Assembly: GCA_035289305.1 (NCBI GenBank)
Contig: DATDXN010000026.1
Location: forward strand, 8,731-72,730
Length of the DNA: 64,000 nt
Source: Patescibacteria group bacterium
GTDB taxonomy: Bacteria > Patescibacteriota > Microgenomatia > UBA1406 > HO2-37-13b
Direction of reading: 5' to 3'
Shown here piece by piece: positions 18,045-27,509 of this stretch. Every line of letters begins with the position of its first letter. Position 1 is the stretch's first letter. Made by a program: the position numbers and the translations under genes. Below the pieces are notes generated by a model that did not search any database, was not told the origin of the DNA, and worked only from the letters and a program-made list of their open reading frames with translations.

Positions 18045-20270
18045 TTACTCAATTCTAATAGATTTAAAATCTGCTGATAAAGTACGGTCATCTTGACTTA
18101 TGCCTAATTTAGAGGGTTGATACAGATGAGAAAACGTCAATGTTACCCTATAGACGCCAGATTGTGGTTTTCTTAAGTCAAAGGAATAATCCTGCCAAAC
18201 AGTGGATATATTTTCTTTTCCCACAAATTGGTCATTGAGGTAGACTGACATTTCTTGGGGTTGTTTTAAGGTTAAAACCTCCAGTTTCAGACGTGCAGCC
18301 TGACTGTTTTTGATTACTAAACGCAAAACCGCCTCTTTGGCGTTTGACCATCTCGAAAATGCTTCATTTACACTCCATCCGGAAACTAACAGACTGTCTT
18401 CATAGTTACTTTGACCAAAATAGATCGCCGACAGATCTTCTAAACGCTGTAATAAACAACGATCACTCATACAAAGTCTGCCTAAGATATAGTAGTTATT
18501 TTGCCATACAATGTCTTTAAAAAGTACACGAGGGGGTATATAATACCTTGGGGATTTTGAAAGTAAAAACAGACCATTTTCCAATGCAGTTTGTTTAGGC
18601 CGTGACTTGTCATCAAAAGTCGTTCTTATGTCTTTTTGAGGGGATAAAAAATATTCTGCCCACAGCTCTCTCCACCATGGCAGTGATGTATTGAGCAACC
18701 TTTCTGTGTAGATTGGTTCATGTATTTCTTGATTTTTCAGGCTCTGGAGAGAAATTAAACCTTTGTCAACGGCTAAATGATCTTTGATGAAACGAGCGTT
18801 TAATTTTGAGGAGGAAAATAACCCGAGAATGACTACCATGTCTATAAAGAGAATAAGCGACAGATTGATTTTCGGATTATTTTTGGTAAAAAAACCCGCC
18901 ACTCCCACAGCAAATAAAAATGAAAACAATGGAATACTGTAAGTAACAATTCTATTAAAAAGCCAAAATTGCGGGCGAATCAAGACAGAAACAAACAACA
19001 CGATATATACTGATACAAAACCTGCGATAAAAAGTTTGTTTTTTGACCTGAAAAATCCAATTATGATAATTAAAATTGTGGTCAAACTTAAAATCCAAGC
19101 GGCTACCGGCGGCAGGGGAGGGAACGAGTGAATGCTGTAAAATCCCATCATTTCAAAAGGGTTAGCATAGGGTAGACGGGGACGGAAAGGCTGCCAACCG
19201 ATGGGTTCTGTAAATTCATTCACCCGGTAAAAAAGCATGAAATTAGCCGCATGAATAACTAAATAAGAAGCGGAAATAAAAACCAATGCTGAAATTTTCG
19301 CAATAGCCCACCAATAGGCACGAGCATAGTTTTTGACCAAAATGGAACGAAGTAGACAATACACACCAATAGGCAATAAAATTAAAATAACACCTTCATG
19401 ATAAGAGAAATATAAAACAACAGCCGCTAACCCTATACTATAATCATATCTGTTAAACCTTTTGTCAAAAACAGCTTCCGAATGAAAATAAGAAGCAAAA
19501 AGAATGATGAGTACTATAGCAAAAGCAGTAAAAATAATCTGACCTAAAAAATTATGATACAACATATAGAGCAAATTGGCATTGAATCCCAGCAAGAACA
19601 CGCTCAAAAAAGCAGCAGAAAAACCATTGACATCATTTTTATACAACGTCTTTGTCAAAAGATACACAAGCGGTAAAGTCAGGCTAAACAACACTACTTG
19701 AAAGATATAGAGGTATTGAAATCCTGCCAATTGGAAGAGATTTAAAAAGAATGAAGTTATGATCGATCCTCCCCATCGATATCCAAATTGAAGCAAAGTA
19801 CCGACGGAAACGTCAACTTTACCATGAAGACTTTCTGCGATTGAGTGGTTAATCAAATAATCTGCTGATTGCGCATAAGCATGAATATCATTATTACCCA
19901 TGGAAATAGTTGTGGCAAAACCTTGTGTTTTTATCAAAGGATAGAGATTAAAAACAATGTTAATTGTTATTATTACTATGAGAAACAGATCATTTTTTGA
20001 AATAGAAACGATTTTTCTTCTTTTTTTTAAAAAAACAAAACAGTCCAGTAAAACCAGGAATATAATAACGAATGGAGAAATACGTTTAACAGCAAGACCA
20101 GAGAGTCCTGCGAGGGTCAATGAAAAAATGATAAAAACTATCGCAAACCACGGAGACAACCAAAAAACATATGGTTTGAGCTTGTTGGGAATTAAGATCC
20201 ACGTTAAACCATATCCCAAGAAAAAGAGAAGAAAAATAGTAGCAGTTGTATAAAAAAAAATTTCTATCAT
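18045..20270 (-). CDS. family B giant polytopic membrane protein (B1) with C-terminal beta-rich module
   Basis: 741 aa. Shares the blocks WLSPWF, GNNDIHAY, RWGGS, YFSYHEG, PYANPFEMMGFYSIHSF, EPIYTE and IVWQNNYYILGRLC with ORFs at 20281 and 25693. C-terminal GWSVNEAFSRW module. Confidence 0.6.
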   Translation of the reverse strand: MIEIFFYTTATIFLLFFLGYGLTWILIPNKLKPYVFWLSPWFAIVFIIFSLTLAGLSGLAVKRISPFVIIFLVLLDCFVFLKKRRKIVSISKNDLFLIVIITINIVFNLYPLIKTQGFATTISMGNNDIHAYAQSADYLINHSIAESLHGKVDVSVGTLLQFGYRWGGSIITSFFLNLFQLAGFQYLYIFQVVLFSLTLPLVYLLTKTLYKNDVNGFSAAFLSVFLLGFNANLLYMLYHNFLGQIIFTAFAIVLIILFASYFHSEAVFDKRFNRYDYSIGLAAVVLYFSYHEGVILILLPIGVYCLLRSILVKNYARAYWWAIAKISALVFISASYLVIHAANFMLFYRVNEFTEPIGWQPFRPRLPYANPFEMMGFYSIHSFPPLPPVAAWILSLTTILIIIIGFFRSKNKLFIAGFVSVYIVLFVSVLIRPQFWLFNRIVTYSIPLFSFLFAVGVAGFFTKNNPKINLSLILFIDMVVILGLFSSSKLNARFIKDHLAVDKGLISLQSLKNQEIHEPIYTERLLNTSLPWWRELWAEYFLSPQKDIRTTFDDKSRPKQTALENGLFLLSKSPRYYIPPRVLFKDIVWQNNYYILGRLCMSDRCLLQRLEDLSAIYFGQSNYEDSLLVSGWSVNEAFSRWSNAKEAVLRLVIKNSQAARLKLEVLTLKQPQEMSVYLNDQFVGKENISTVWQDYSFDLRKPQSGVYRVTLTFSHLYQPSKLGISQDDRTLSADFKSIRIE

Positions 20271-20280
20271 ACATCCTTAC

Positions 20281-22497
20281 TTAATCAAATTTAATTTCTC
20301 TAAAATCAGCCGACATTTCTCTTACATCTTCATGTATGCCTATATCAGATGGTTTATATATGTGAGAAAATTTAAGATCAATTATATGTATGCCATCGCT
20401 CATTTTTTTTAAGTTAAATCGATACTTCTGCCAGTTTGTGGTTATTTCCTTGCTACCTAAAAATTCTCCATCTAAAAAAACAGAGATCGTTTGTGGTGCT
20501 TTAAGCGAATGGGTATCTATAAGTAAACTTGTGTATTTTTTACGAGATACCAATCGTACTTGAGCGGTCAAACCACGTGCCCATCGATGATCTCCTTCGC
20601 TTGCGTGCCATCCGTCAGTGACTAAAGTATCTTCATAGTCATTTTTTCCCATGATGATTCCTGCTAGTTCATCCTTGAAGGCAGTCAAACAACGATCGCT
20701 TTGACAAAGACGACCCAATGCATAGTATTCATTTTCCCAGACTATACTGTTTATAAGCATTTTGGGAGGCTGATAAAAACGAGCTGTCTTGGAAAGTAAA
20801 ACTAGACTACTGTCTTTTATTTTGTTTGTTTTTCCGTCAAAATTGAAGGGAGAGTAAATACTCTTATTGGGATATAGAAAATAATCTGTCCACATCTGCG
20901 GCCAAAGACTGATGAGTCCGGTGAATGCTTGTTCTGTGTAGATTGGTTCACGAATTTTTTTATTATCATTTAACTCACGCAGTGAAATGAGAGATTGATC
21001 AATGGCGATATGTTCTCTGATGAAGCGCTTGTTTAATTTGATTCCCGAATATAGTTCCAACCCCACTAAAATTATGAGCATTATCACGCGCAATAACTTA
21101 TGTTTTCGCAAAAGATGAACAAAACCGATGGTGAAAAAAATGAGAAACAAAGGTAGGGTGTAGGTTACGACACGATTATAGGTGAAGAAATTCTTATCGA
21201 GAGGTCCTGTCCAGATAAAAAACGCCAAGAAAAGGATAAGATAACTTGCGCCGATAAGTCTCTTTTTTGACTTCCAAAATCCCACACCGACGATAGAAAC
21301 AACTACCATGCTCAAAATGAGCGCAAGCGCAAAAGGCAGGGGAGAGAATGAGTGAATGCTGTAAAATCCCATCATTTCAAAAGGATTTGCATAAGGAATA
21401 AGGGGACGGAAAAGTTGCCAACCGATGACGCCGCCAGTATTGCCCGCTTGAAGAAAACTAAGTACAACCCCGTTAACAATAGTAAAAGAAACAGTTAAAG
21501 AAACAATTAAAGCGATTTTCATCAATAATGACCAATAAGCTTTGCTATTTTTACGTCCAAGGATTCTGAAAAAAAGCAGAATTAAAAGAGGTCCGATCAC
21601 AAAAATTGCGCCTTCATGATAGGAAAAATAAAGCACGGAAATCATAATAGCGATTACATAATGATCTTTCGTGAGTTTGCGAGTGTTTTCTTCAGAAGAA
21701 AAAAAGTGGGTATAAAACAAAATAAATAAGAACAACGCCAAAGCCCAAAAAAAGACTTGGCCAAAAAAATCATGATAGATGATATAGAGAAGGTTGGCAT
21801 TAAAACCCATCATGACTAACAGTAAAATTAATCCGAGTATCGTTTCTTTATAAAGCAGTTTCAACAGAATATAAGCTAAGGGTAATGTTAGGGAAAAAAC
21901 AATCGTTTGAAAAAGATAAAAATATTGATAACCCTTCAACTGAAAAATATTCATGAAAAAGGCAGTTACCATCGGCGGCCCCCAACGATAGGAGGATTGA
22001 TTAAGACCATATACCGCCTCAAGACCTGGCTTTAAGGAATCTTTTCTTTCAATAAAATTACTTACAATATCATGATCGAGAAAATAATCAGGAGAAACCA
22101 CGTAGACGATCGCGTCATTGTTGCCAAGTGAAACTGTTGTCAAGATTTTTTCCCGTCTGATCAGCGGACTTATGTTAAAAATAACGCTTAAGACAACAAC
22201 AAGAAAAATGATAACATCTTCTTTTACGTGGAAACGGAAGCGCTCTTTGGTTTTCCAAACTATCCATATATTAAAACCAATCATGACAACGATCGCCACA
22301 GGAGACGATTGTTTGACAGAAAAACCCAAAAGATTGCTTAAGACTAAAAAAAAGACTAAAAAAAAGATACTAAACCATGGTGTGAGCCAAAAAGCATAGG
22401 CTTTTAGTTTTGCGGGGATAAAAAACAAAGTCAACCCAAAACCAAAAAAAAAGACAGTCAGCAAAGTCAAAATCGTAAATAAAAATATACCGATCAT
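20281..22497 (-). CDS. family B giant polytopic membrane protein (B2) with C-terminal beta-rich module
   Basis: Closest paralog of B1, with the same blocks and an identical PYANPFEMMGFYSIHSF. The start is moved to ATG 22497 (MIGIFLFTILTLL...), which aligns with the B1 and B3 N-termini and forms an ATGA overlap with the upstream gene's stop. Confidence 0.6.
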   Translation of the reverse strand: MIGIFLFTILTLLTVFFFGFGLTLFFIPAKLKAYAFWLTPWFSIFFLVFFLVLSNLLGFSVKQSSPVAIVVMIGFNIWIVWKTKERFRFHVKEDVIIFLVVVLSVIFNISPLIRREKILTTVSLGNNDAIVYVVSPDYFLDHDIVSNFIERKDSLKPGLEAVYGLNQSSYRWGPPMVTAFFMNIFQLKGYQYFYLFQTIVFSLTLPLAYILLKLLYKETILGLILLLVMMGFNANLLYIIYHDFFGQVFFWALALFLFILFYTHFFSSEENTRKLTKDHYVIAIMISVLYFSYHEGAIFVIGPLLILLFFRILGRKNSKAYWSLLMKIALIVSLTVSFTIVNGVVLSFLQAGNTGGVIGWQLFRPLIPYANPFEMMGFYSIHSFSPLPFALALILSMVVVSIVGVGFWKSKKRLIGASYLILFLAFFIWTGPLDKNFFTYNRVVTYTLPLFLIFFTIGFVHLLRKHKLLRVIMLIILVGLELYSGIKLNKRFIREHIAIDQSLISLRELNDNKKIREPIYTEQAFTGLISLWPQMWTDYFLYPNKSIYSPFNFDGKTNKIKDSSLVLLSKTARFYQPPKMLINSIVWENEYYALGRLCQSDRCLTAFKDELAGIIMGKNDYEDTLVTDGWHASEGDHRWARGLTAQVRLVSRKKYTSLLIDTHSLKAPQTISVFLDGEFLGSKEITTNWQKYRFNLKKMSDGIHIIDLKFSHIYKPSDIGIHEDVREMSADFREIKFD

Positions 22498-23435
22498 ATA
22501 AATACTAATCCGACCGCGACAGGATTGATAAGGACAGCTAAAATAATAATTTTGATGATTGAAAGAATCATAAACCAACGATCTTTTTTCAAAAACAAGC
22601 TGACTATTGTTAAAAAAAGAAATGCTGCTGCCGCTAATTTAAAACCCGGAGGATAAATCACCGCCAAAGAAGATAGAGTTAAAGCAGTCAATAAGTCAAA
22701 CGTATTAAAATGCACAGCAATTTTGCCCGAACGAACGCCTAAAAAATACTCACGAACTAAAATAATCATTGATAAAAAGATTAACACGCAGAGAAAGAAT
22801 GGAAACGTCGGTGGAAAAAACTTTAATAGTAAATAAAATAATCCTAGTAAAATTAATCTTATCGTTATAGTGAGATGCTTGATTAAAATAAAAGCCAAAG
22901 GAAAAAAAACAGTAAGATAAACATTTGGTAAAATTTGAACGATAATGCTCACATCTTGTTTCAAAAGTACCGCAAAATAGGCAATCATTGACGAAATCCC
23001 CACCAGATAATTATTATCAGCAAAGGTATGGTTGAATGGATACGTATCTAAAACGATATGTTTTATGAGAAAATCGCTATTCGTCAATAGGTCAGCATTA
23101 TCCCAAGAAAGGGAGAAAAAGGGGGAAAGAAAAAACAAGAAAAGCCAAATCAGTAGGGTGTTTTTTGAGAAAATAAACGCGAATTTTCTCGTGAACAGCG
23201 CGTATAAAAAAAGAAATAATACTATAAAATTGATAAGATAAATTCCTTGATTCATTGAAAGTCTTCCAAAACTCGAAGCGGTTCCTAAAAGCGCGATGAG
23301 TATCGTACCATAGAGTGGCGCAAACCATAAAGTAATTTTCTTCAGATTTTTGGGAACAAAAATTGATATAAAAGCAAAACCAGTCAGATATAAAATAATC
23401 AGTATCTCAAAATGAAGTAAAGGGAAATTTTTCAT
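22494..23435 (-). CDS. short family B protein (N-terminal ~310-aa membrane half only)
   Basis: 313 aa. Aligns by eye to the first ~330 aa of B3; for example LTALTLSSLAVIYPPG...ILAVLINPVAVG matches LIALCLSSLTTIYPEG...ILVFLINPLSFG. It ends where the full-length paralogs continue. Confidence 0.5.
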   Translation of the reverse strand: MKNFPLLHFEILIILYLTGFAFISIFVPKNLKKITLWFAPLYGTILIALLGTASSFGRLSMNQGIYLINFIVLFLFLYALFTRKFAFIFSKNTLLIWLFLFFLSPFFSLSWDNADLLTNSDFLIKHIVLDTYPFNHTFADNNYLVGISSMIAYFAVLLKQDVSIIVQILPNVYLTVFFPLAFILIKHLTITIRLILLGLFYLLLKFFPPTFPFFLCVLIFLSMIILVREYFLGVRSGKIAVHFNTFDLLTALTLSSLAVIYPPGFKLAAAAFLFLTIVSLFLKKDRWFMILSIIKIIILAVLINPVAVGLVFI

Positions 23436-23439
23436 ACTT

Positions 23440-25692
23440 CTATTTGATTTCTGTTAAATAAATTTTCCTGAATTGAGCCGCTATACTCCTTTCATCGGAA
23501 TTTCCAGCTATAATATTTTTGGGTTGATAAGATTTTTTGAAAATAAAATGAACAGTATTGATGTTTTTTGACCACTCTGTATCAACTGGCACTGTATACT
23601 CTTTCATATGTTTTCCCATAGTGAAGCTGGCAACTTTTTTATTATTGACAAAAATTGCTACTGGCTGTTTTTGATAAAAAGCACTAGCCTCAAAATGCAA
23701 ATTAAATTTTCTTTCTTTATTGATTTTAAACATCACAAAGCTTTTTTTATCTGCCCAGCGAGAATTATTTTCTACCCCATGCCAACCGGCACCTAAAAAC
23801 GTAACGTCGTTTTTACCGTCCATTAGAATCGTGAGAAATTCTTTTTTGGGCAGACTTTTCTGCCATAAACTAAAGGTTTGTTCCTTTGACTTCTTTTGAA
23901 AACCCAAATCAGATAAAATTGCTGACATGGTTGATACGTATAGTTTCTTTTCATCTAAAATGATGTATTTTATATCTAAAAAATCAATAACCTTTTGACT
24001 CTCAACAATGTTAATATTCTGCCAATTTACCAAATCGTTCTTATCAATAATTGGATTGATCTCTATTGTTTGATCAATGAACCTACCCAAGAAACCAAAC
24101 AATGGATTGATACGATAATAGGTTTTTTTATAATCAGCAATTCGTCCGGTATATCCTCCAAGCACATTTTTTCGGTGAATAGCCTCGCCGATGATCATTG
24201 CCGTCGCATCACCATCACCAAAATAGGTGAAACCGTCACGAACGACAAACGGTATTTCCAAAACTGAAATTCTCTCCGGATCATTTTTAATCTCTTGGAA
24301 AAGTCGCCTGGGGTAGAATTTAGGCGGCGGAAATATATGATTGATATAACGATGATCTATAAAAAATAATATGAGTAATAAGACAAAACAAATCCTCCTT
24401 AATCTTTGTGATTTATTCTTTAAGAAATAATCAATCACATAAGCCACAACAATATATGCAAAGAAAATAAAACCTATAATTAATCTTCCCGGCGCTCTAA
24501 TATTTTGCAAGAAGGGTACGTAATGAAAAACTATATAGGGGAGAGGCAGGACAATTCTAATTCCTTCCTCAACCGTAATCCCCCAATGACCAAAAACATG
24601 CAAAAACGGTCCCAGTGTCAACACTAAAAAAAAGAGACTCGTGAATAAGTAGGGTTTTACTTTTTGATGGACTGCCTGAAACGATTTTTTTTTGGATATA
24701 AACAAATAACTAAAGTAGCTTATGATGATAATCAAACCCGGGTAGGTAAAATTTTCAAATATACCTCGGGCGAACTTTAAATAGTGACTAATCACATAAT
24801 CTAACTCTGGAATAAAATACTTGTATATCACATAGTTATATATGCTCGGGATAAAAAAACCAAAAAGATCTGACGAAAATTCAATAGCGCCGCCCCAGCC
24901 TTCAGTTTTAGGAATTTGATCAAAAAAAGTTACCTCATACAAAGCTTTAAACCAGGGGATAAGAAACAATGTAATGAACAAAAAGATTAAAAAAATGTAT
25001 GGCCAACATCTCACCCACATTCTATGGATAATTTTTCGCTTAAAAACAAGAAAATAAACGACAAAGCTTGCTATAGAAGTCGATAAAATAACAAAGTAAT
25101 AAAAATTAAGCCACAGAGTCAAAACAAAAAAGAAAGCCACGCCTAATGTGGCAATTATTTTACTCCTTTTTGTTTTCGCTTGAAAAAGAACGATCGCACA
25201 ATAATAAAACCAGGCAAAAACAAAATAACACCAGTAGTTCAAATGACCGCCTCGGGGCATAATAAAGGTCGTATAACCAAAAGCTAAACCAATGACAAAA
25301 GAAATCAACCGCTCAATTTTCAATCTTCTCAATAGCATATACATGCCTAGACTGGCAGCCAGTTGCGATAACGTAATCACCACAGCCATAGATTGATGAG
25401 TAGATAAAAACGGTCGAAGTATGAGAAAAAAAATGCCGTTGCCGGAGTCGGTCAAACCAAGGTGAAGTTTGAAAGGATAAAGCATGCCATATACTAACCC
25501 AAAAGGATTTCCTCCCGCGATAATTGTCTGGTAAAATTTTTCCGTCGTCCATTCAACTACTTCAACTTCCCCCCAGACTGCCCCGATTGAAGAACGATCA
25601 AAGACAAGTTCATGCCAAAAAATATTGTAGTTGAAAATAACATTAACAAGAATAAAACCGAATAATACCAAAATCTTATTTTTCATATTCAA
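23440..25692 (-). CDS. family A giant polytopic membrane protein (A2)
   Basis: 750 aa with IIAGGNPFG, YPFKL, FENFTYPG, LGPFLHVFG, IRAPGRLIIGF, EIPFVVRDGF and the C-terminal GWHGVENNSRW module. Confidence 0.6.
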   Translation of the reverse strand: MNMKNKILVLFGFILVNVIFNYNIFWHELVFDRSSIGAVWGEVEVVEWTTEKFYQTIIAGGNPFGLVYGMLYPFKLHLGLTDSGNGIFFLILRPFLSTHQSMAVVITLSQLAASLGMYMLLRRLKIERLISFVIGLAFGYTTFIMPRGGHLNYWCYFVFAWFYYCAIVLFQAKTKRSKIIATLGVAFFFVLTLWLNFYYFVILSTSIASFVVYFLVFKRKIIHRMWVRCWPYIFLIFLFITLFLIPWFKALYEVTFFDQIPKTEGWGGAIEFSSDLFGFFIPSIYNYVIYKYFIPELDYVISHYLKFARGIFENFTYPGLIIIISYFSYLFISKKKSFQAVHQKVKPYLFTSLFFLVLTLGPFLHVFGHWGITVEEGIRIVLPLPYIVFHYVPFLQNIRAPGRLIIGFIFFAYIVVAYVIDYFLKNKSQRLRRICFVLLLILFFIDHRYINHIFPPPKFYPRRLFQEIKNDPERISVLEIPFVVRDGFTYFGDGDATAMIIGEAIHRKNVLGGYTGRIADYKKTYYRINPLFGFLGRFIDQTIEINPIIDKNDLVNWQNINIVESQKVIDFLDIKYIILDEKKLYVSTMSAILSDLGFQKKSKEQTFSLWQKSLPKKEFLTILMDGKNDVTFLGAGWHGVENNSRWADKKSFVMFKINKERKFNLHFEASAFYQKQPVAIFVNNKKVASFTMGKHMKEYTVPVDTEWSKNINTVHFIFKKSYQPKNIIAGNSDERSIAAQFRKIYLTEIK

Positions 25693-27507
25693 TCAATACT
25701 TTAAGAGATCAGATGCAATACTCACCGGTTCAATTTCACCTAATTGGTAATAGTTATTTTCCCACACGATATGTTTATACACTAATTTTTTTCCCTCTCT
25801 CTCTAAATACTCTTTTTCCGCCAGTACCAGACGCACGTCTTGGAGATTCTTTTTTTCGTGCTGATAATTTTGTCTCGTTACAATGGACTTATCCATTAAC
25901 AGATATTCACGCCATATCCTTTTCCAAAGGTCATATTCGCCCAAATATACATCAGCCGTAAAAAACGGTTTATTCATTTGTTTGTCTTTGCTCAAAGAAC
26001 GCAAAGATACCAAAGAAGCATCAACAATATACGGATGCCAGTAGAGCTGATAAATAGTTCTGTATGCCGATCGGGCCGAAAAGATTAAAAATACTATTAC
26101 AATGATAGTTTTTGTCAACTTACTTTTAAGAAAACCGAAAAGAAAATTCACTCCTAAACCAAAAAAAACCATGTAAAGAAATACAGTGTACGTGATTGCT
26201 TTATGATAAGTATAATAATTGGGAAAAACCAATCTATATATGAAATATATTAAGACAAAAAAAACAATATTCATGACTAGGAAAAGTTTGGCCTTGCTCC
26301 GGCTGATCCCTAAAATAATTACGATCACAACTGGCAAACCTAAAATGATATCAAATATCACGGATAAATCTCTTGAATAATAGAGATTATAAAAACCAAG
26401 AATCTCCAAAGGCGCCGCATAGGGGATCTTTTCCCAACCAATAAAAACTGCTTTACTTGTAGCTGCTCCCACCGCGCGTATTTGTCTCGTTGCTGTTCCA
26501 AAACTCAAGGGATTAATAAGAAAAACAAGTATACCAATCTTTGCTACCACAATAAGAAAAAAGAGTCTTTTTCGGAAAATAGAATCCAAAACGGCAAAAA
26601 TCAAGAAGGGTACGGAAACAAAAATAAGTCCTTCTGGGTAAATAGTGGTAAGCGATGATAAACAAAGAGCAATCAAAAAATCCCATCGATTATATGATGT
26701 TTTCTTTTTCTTCTCATCAATATAGTCACAAAAAAGAATAGCCATAACCACAAAAATTCCCATAAAAATAAATTGAGCAAAAAACGCATTATAAAGCATA
26801 TAAAGAAGTGTTGAATTGAAGGAGAAAATAATCGTCAAAAATAATGCGCTCCCCATTTTCAGCGCAGGCATCAAAACCTTCGCCAAAACATAAACCAAAG
26901 GTATTGATAAAACGAAATAAACAGTAATGATGATCGAAAAAATCTCGTACGATTTAAGAGCAAGCAGTTGGGCGAAAAAACTAAGTATGAGCGGACTACC
27001 CCAGCGAAAACTGGAATGTAATAGATCTCCCACCGCCCACAAATATGGTTTGTAATGCTCAAAGTCTTGTCCATCAAAGATCGTATGATCAACTAAAAAA
27101 TCACCAACCATACTGTAAGTGATAGGGTCTAAATTACTTTTGGAGATAGTTGTGGGAAAACCGGCTTTTTTCATCAAAGGATAGAGGTTAAAAATCATTG
27201 AAGCAATGATTAAAACAGAGAGTAAAATGTCAACTCGGCTAAAATGCACGTTCAATTTCTTTCTCCACATAGCGGTCAAAAGAAAAACAAAAGCCATAAA
27301 AACAACAAAATATATGCTTTTATTCACGGGTATTTTTGCCAAATTAAACATGACTACAAAAACTGTCATAAGCACTGTTCCAATCCACGGAGTCAACCAG
27401 AAAGCATATCGTTGAAGTCTTCTGGGAATAAAAATATAGGTAAAGCCTATTCCGAGGAAAAACAGAACAGCAATAATCCTTAAAGCTAAAAGCATAATAA
27501 TTATCAT
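25693..27507 (-). CDS. family B polytopic membrane protein (B3), lacks the C-terminal beta-rich module
   Basis: 604 aa with WLTPWI, RWGSP, TTIYPEG, PYAAPLEILGFYNLYYS and IVWENNYYQLGEIE. It terminates about 15 aa after the IVWxNxYYxLG block. Confidence 0.6.
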   Translation of the reverse strand: MIIIMLLALRIIAVLFFLGIGFTYIFIPRRLQRYAFWLTPWIGTVLMTVFVVMFNLAKIPVNKSIYFVVFMAFVFLLTAMWRKKLNVHFSRVDILLSVLIIASMIFNLYPLMKKAGFPTTISKSNLDPITYSMVGDFLVDHTIFDGQDFEHYKPYLWAVGDLLHSSFRWGSPLILSFFAQLLALKSYEIFSIIITVYFVLSIPLVYVLAKVLMPALKMGSALFLTIIFSFNSTLLYMLYNAFFAQFIFMGIFVVMAILFCDYIDEKKKKTSYNRWDFLIALCLSSLTTIYPEGLIFVSVPFLIFAVLDSIFRKRLFFLIVVAKIGILVFLINPLSFGTATRQIRAVGAATSKAVFIGWEKIPYAAPLEILGFYNLYYSRDLSVIFDIILGLPVVIVIILGISRSKAKLFLVMNIVFFVLIYFIYRLVFPNYYTYHKAITYTVFLYMVFFGLGVNFLFGFLKSKLTKTIIVIVFLIFSARSAYRTIYQLYWHPYIVDASLVSLRSLSKDKQMNKPFFTADVYLGEYDLWKRIWREYLLMDKSIVTRQNYQHEKKNLQDVRLVLAEKEYLEREGKKLVYKHIVWENNYYQLGEIEPVSIASDLLKY

Positions 27508-27509
27508 AT

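Noticed and set aside
22498-22578. N-terminal extension of B2 (MVYDSFNHQNYYFSCPYQSCRGRISIY)
   Set aside because: It does not align with the B1 or B3 N-termini and overlaps the upstream gene by 85 nt. The ATG at 22497 gives the conserved N-terminus and an ATGA coupling.
22494-23435. Calling the short family B gene a pseudogene
   Set aside because: The frame is open for 313 codons with proper start and stop and is coupled to the next gene, and I saw no frameshift remnants. It is kept as a CDS and flagged as a finding instead.
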